Origin: Eledone cirrhosa
Lineage: Eukaryota
Direction: 5' to 3'
Assembly (NCBI GenBank): GCA_964016885.1
Contig: CAXHJY010000432.1
Location: forward strand, 1 to 31,113
Length of the DNA: 31,113 nucleotides
Shown piece by piece: positions 26,431-31,113 of this stretch. The first letter of the stretch is position 1, and each line of letters opens with the position of its first letter. The translations under genes were made by a program, and so were the position numbers. The notes beneath the pieces are model-generated. The model made no database searches. It worked only from the letters and a program-made list of their open reading frames with translations, and was not told the DNA's origin.

Positions 26431-27600
26431 CAACGTGAAATAAAGTCTCTTGCTCAAGGACACAGTGGACTGGAGCAACGTGAAATAAAGTCTCTTGCTC
26501 AAGGACACAGTGGACTGGAGCAACGTGAAATAAAGTGTCTTGCTCAAGGACACAATGGACTGGAGCAACGTGAAATAAAGTGTCTTGATCAAGGACACAA
26601 TGGACTGGAGCAACGTGAAATAAAGTGTCTTGCTCAAGGACACAGTGGACTGGAGCAACGTGAAATAAAGTGTCTTGCTCAAGGACACAATGGACTGGAG
26701 CAACGTGAAATAAAGTGTCTTGATCAAGGACACAATGTACTGGAGCAACGTGAAATAAAGTGTCTTGCTCAAGGACACAGTGGACTGGAGCAACGTGAAA
26801 TAAAGTGTCTTGCTCAAGGACACAATGGACTGGAGCAACGTGAAATAAAGTGTCTTGCTCAAGGACACAGTGGACTGGAGCAACGTGAAATAAAGTGTCT
26901 TGCTCAAGGACACAATGGACTGGAGCAACGTGAAATAAAGTGTCTTGTTCAAGGACACAGTGGACTGGAGCAACGTGAAATAAAGTGTCTTGCTCAAGGA
27001 CACAATGGACTGGAGCAACGTGAAATAAAGTGTCTTGTTCAAGGACACAGTGGACTGGAGCAACGTGAAATAAAGTGTCTTGATCAAGGACACAGTGGAC
27101 TGGAGCAACGTGAAATAAAGTGTCTTGCTCAAGGACACAGTGGACTGGAGCAACGTGAAATAAAGTGTCTTGATCAAGGACACAATGGACTGGAGCAACG
27201 TGAAATAAAGTGTCTTGATCAAGGACACAGTGGACTGGAGCAACGTGAGATGAAGTGTCTTGCTCAAGGACACAATGGACTGTATCAACGTGAAATAAAG
27301 TGTCTTGCTCAAGGACACAGTGGACTGGAGCAACGTGAAATAAAGTGTCTTGCTCAAGGACACAGTGGACTGGAGCAACGTGAGATGAAGTGTCTTGCTC
27401 AAGGACACAGTGGACTGTATCAACGTGAAATAAAGTGTCTTGCTCAAGGACACAGTGGACTGGAGCAACGTGAAATAAAGTGTCTTGCTCAAGGACACAG
27501 TGGACTGGAGCAATGTGAAATAAAGTGTCTTGCTCAAGGACACAATGGACTGGAGCAACGTGAAATAAAGTGTCTTGCTCAAGGACAGTGTGGACTGTTG
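26431..27600. repeat. 45-bp minisatellite, 26 copies, derived from a SINE core segment
   Basis: Unit caacgtgaaataaagtgtcttgctcaaggacacagtggactggag; 1170/45 = 26; minus strand tgtgtccttgagcaagacactt resembles the CORE-SINE domain. Confidence 0.95.
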
Positions 27601-27654
27601 GAAATGGAACTCACAACCTCACGATTTTGAGCTGAACAACCTAACCATGAGCCT
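27600..27654 (-). mobile_element. tRNA-like SINE head abutting the 45-bp array
   Basis: Minus strand ggctcatggttagg...gaggttgtgagttccatttcc (degenerate A and B boxes). Confidence 0.65.
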
Positions 27655-27660
27655 TCACTA

Positions 27661-28983
27661 TATTTGTATATATATATAAACTGGTGTATATATATGTATG
27701 TGTAAACTGGTGTATTTATATGTATATGTAAACTGGTGTATATATGTATGTGTAAACTGGTGTATATATATATGTATGTGTAAACTGGTGTATATATATG
27801 TATATGTAAACTGGTGTATATATGTATATGTAAACTGGTGTATATATGTATGTGTAAACTGGTGTATATATATGTATATGTAAACTGGTGTATATATGTA
27901 TGTGTAAACTGGTGTATATATATATGTATATGTAAACTGGTGTATATATGTATGTGTAAACTGGTGTATATATATATGTATATGTAAACTGGTGTATATA
28001 TATGTATATGTAAACTGGTGTATATATATGTATATGTAAACTGGTGTATATATGTATGTGTAAACTGGTGTATATATATATGTATGTAAACTGGTGTATA
28101 TATATGTATATGTAAACTGGTGTATATATGTATGTGTAAACTGGTGTATATATATGTATGTGTAAACTAGTGTATATATATGTATGTGTAAACTGGTGTA
28201 TATATGTATGTCTAAACTGGTGTATATATATGTATATGTAAACTGGTGTATATATATGTATATGTAAACTGGTGTATATATGTATGTGTAAACTGGTGTA
28301 TATATATGTATGTGTAAACTGGTGTATATATGTATGTGTAAACTGGTGTATATATATGTATGTGTAAACTGGTGTATATATATGTATGTGTAAACTGGTG
28401 TATATGTATGTATGTGTAAACTGGTGTATATATGTATGTATAAACTGGTGTATATATATATGTATGTGTAAACTGGTGTATATATATGTATGTGTAAACT
28501 GGTGTATATATATGTATGTGTAAACTGGTGTATATGTATGTATGTGTAAACTGGTGTATATATATGTATATGTATGTGTAAACTGGTGTATATATATATG
28601 TATGTGTAAACTGGTGTATATATATGTATGTATAAACTGGTGTATATATATATGTGTAAACTGGTGTATATATATATGTATATGTAAACTGGTGTATATA
28701 TATGTATATGTAAACTGGTGTATATATGTATGTGTAAACTGGTGTATATATATGTATGTGTAAACTGGTGTATATATATGTATGTATAAACTGGTGTATA
28801 TATATGTATGTATAAACTGGTGTATATATATATGTGTAAACTGGTGTATATATATGTATGTGTAAACTGGTATATATATATGTATGTATAAACTGGTATA
28901 TATATATGTATGTGTAAACTGGTGTATATATATGTATGTATAAACTGGTGTATATATATGTATGTATAAACTGATGTATATAC
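27661..28983. repeat. Minisatellite taaactggtg(ta)n tgtatgtg, 24-28-bp unit, roughly 50 copies
   Basis: Near-invariant taaactggtg core with variable TA/TG spacer. Confidence 0.95.
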
Positions 28984-28996
28984 GTGAGTGAATATA

Positions 28997-29370
28997 TTGT
29001 TGTTTAACCATAGGTCAAGAGAGATCAAGCAGACCTATCTATGATGAAAGGCGTTCCATCCGTGAATATACAATCCTTCTTCTATGTTCAGGGAATCCAT
29101 AAGAATGAGATTTAGCTGCTATTTCTAGGCGGTCGATAGACCACATACAGGCTCTCTGATTGACTTGTGGCGAATGTATTGTTTAACCCTAGGTTGGCCC
29201 AGATCAAACAAATTATGATCATATCATGCATTTCAATCAGGATCACCAGGCTTTTTTTTTTTTTATTCAAAAGTCTACGAGGGGAATATCCCATCCAAGG
29301 AGTCCTTCCTGTTTTAGGGAGGGTAGGAAGTGACTACACTGACTATTGGCTGCTATTTCTAGCAGTTAGA
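28997..29370. mobile_element. Degraded short dispersed-repeat (SINE-like) remnants
   Basis: ttgtttaacc(a/c)taggt...agatcaa occurs twice (about 29000 and 29180); gctgctatttctag occurs twice (about 29116 and 29349). Confidence 0.45.
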
Positions 29371-29547
29371 TGGGTCGTTAGGTGTTTGTGTTCGCATGTA
29401 TGTGACGTCACCGTTTGCGTGTGTATGTACGATGGAGTTAGTACACATACACTGATATGTGAATATGTGGTGATATCAAATATGTTTGTGTATGTAGAGC
29501 TGTTGTTCCAACAGGTCAGGCGTAAAGATAGCTTTTTGGGTTGAGTA

Positions 29548-29550
<3 letters not shown>

Positions 29551-29597
<47 letters not shown>

Positions 29598-31016
29598 TGT
29601 GTGTGTGTGTGTGTGGACATGTGTGTGTGTGTGTGTGTGTGTGTGGCAGCTCGTGTGCGTGTGGGCATGTGTGTGTGTGGACATATGTGTGTGTGTGTGT
29701 GAAGGAGCAGTGTGTGGCAGCTCGTGTGTGTGGGCATGTGTGTGTGTGGACATGTGTGTGTGTGTGTGAAGAAGCAGTGTGTGGCAGCTCGTGTGTGTGT
29801 GGGCATGTGTGTGTGTGGACATGTGTGTGTGTGAAGGAGCAGTGTGTGGCAGCTCGTGTGTGTGTGGGCATGTGTGTGTGTAGACATGTGTGTGTGTGTG
29901 TCAAGGAGCAGTGTGTGGCAGCTCGTGTGTGTGTGGGCATGTGTGTGTGTGGACATGTGTGTGTGTGTGTGAAGAAGCAGTGTGTGGCAGCTTGTGTGTG
30001 TGTGGGCATGTGTGTGTGTGGACATGTGTGTGTGTGTGTGAAGAAGCAGTGTGTGGCAGCTTGTGTGTGTGTGGGCATGTGTGTGTGTGGACATGTGTGT
30101 GTGTGTGGACATGTGTGTGTGTGTGTGAAGGAGCAGTGTGTGGCAGCTCGTGTGTGTGTGGGCATGTGTATGTTTGGGCATGTGTGTGTGTGGGCATGTG
30201 TGTGTGTGGGCATGTGTGGACATGTGTGTGTGTGAAGGAGCAGTGTGTGGGAGCAGTGTGGCAGCTCGTGTGTGTGTGGGCATGTGTGTGTGTGGACATG
30301 TGTGTGTGTGGGCATGTGTGTGTGTGTGTGTGAAGGAGCAGTGTGTGGCAGCTCGTGTGTGGGCATGTGTGTGTGTGGGCATGTGTGTGTGTGGACATGT
30401 GTGTGTGGACATGTGTGTGTGTGTGTGAAGGAGCAGTGTGTGGCAGCTCGTGTGTGTGTGGGCATGTGTGTGTGTGGACATGTGTGTGTGTGTGTGTGTG
30501 TGAAGGAGCAGTGTGTGGCAGCTCGTGTGTGTGTGGGCATGTGTGTGTGGGCATGTGTGTGTGGACATGTGTGTGTGGACATGTGTGTGTGTGTGAAGGA
30601 GCAGTGTGTGGCAGTTCGTGTGTGTGTGGACATGTGTGTGTGTGGACATGTGTGTGTGTGTGAAGGAGCAGTGTGTGGCAGCTCGTGTGTGTGTGGGCAT
30701 GTGTGTGTGTGGACATGTGTGTGTGTGTGAAGGGGCAGAGTGTGGGCATGTGTGTGTGGGGGCATGTGTGTGTGTGTGTGTATGTATATGCATATGAATA
30801 TAAATATGTGAATGAGTATGTGTATGTGTGTGTGTGTGTATGTGTGTGAGTATGTGTATGTGTGTATTTTTATGTGTGTGTATGTGTGTGTATGTATGGT
30901 GTATGTGTGCGTATGTGTGTGTGTGTGTATGTGTGTATGCGTATGTATGTGTATGTGTGTGTATGTATGTGTATGTGTATGTATGTGTGTGTATGTGTGT
31001 GTGTGTGTGTATGTGT

Positions 31017-31048
<32 letters not shown>

Positions 31049-31113
31049 GTATGTATGTGTATGTATGTGCGTGTGTGTATGTGTATGTGTATGTGTGTGT
31101 GTATATGTGTATG
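29551..31113. repeat. (TG)n tract containing a higher-order ~65-100-bp minisatellite
   Basis: About 14 units of gaaggagcag-tgtgtggcagctcg-(tg)n-ggcatg-(tg)n-gacatg between about 29635 and 30765; TG/TATG beyond. Confidence 0.93.

Noticed and set aside
26254-27630. 458-aa repeat protein gene
   Set aside because: Unit is SINE-derived and a multiple of 3, both strands are open, and there is no gene context
27661-28983. Constant core with variable spacers, CRISPR-like or forkhead-site array
   Set aside because: Spacers are only TA/TG length variants; GTAAACT does not match the GTAAACA forkhead consensus

Overview
Eukaryotic, AT-rich, microsatellite-saturated non-genic DNA; the SINE types and repeat landscape suggest a cephalopod, probably Octopus (inference). 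No host gene is supportable, and the YIYI/HTHT/CVCV ORFs are microsatellite artefacts. Between long (TA)n/(CA)n tracts sit short islands of 100-1000 bp. They include two Penelope-like (PLE) GIY-YIG endonuclease 3' ends, RTE- and CR1-group LINE fragments, tRNA-derived SINEs, a non-autonomous Helitron and four minisatellites, one of which is a 34-copy ATGCAAAT array and another a 26-copy SINE-core amplification. The main signal is about 12 complete or near-complete type I hammerhead ribozyme (HHR) motifs from about 9 different sequence families, most with palindromic or near-palindromic stem III, plus several relics and half-motifs. Five long foldback inverted repeats carry HHRs or HHR halves. 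All five are head-to-head with the ribozyme reading outward, and two appear to fold at the HHR stem II. All structures were folded by eye and no searches were run.
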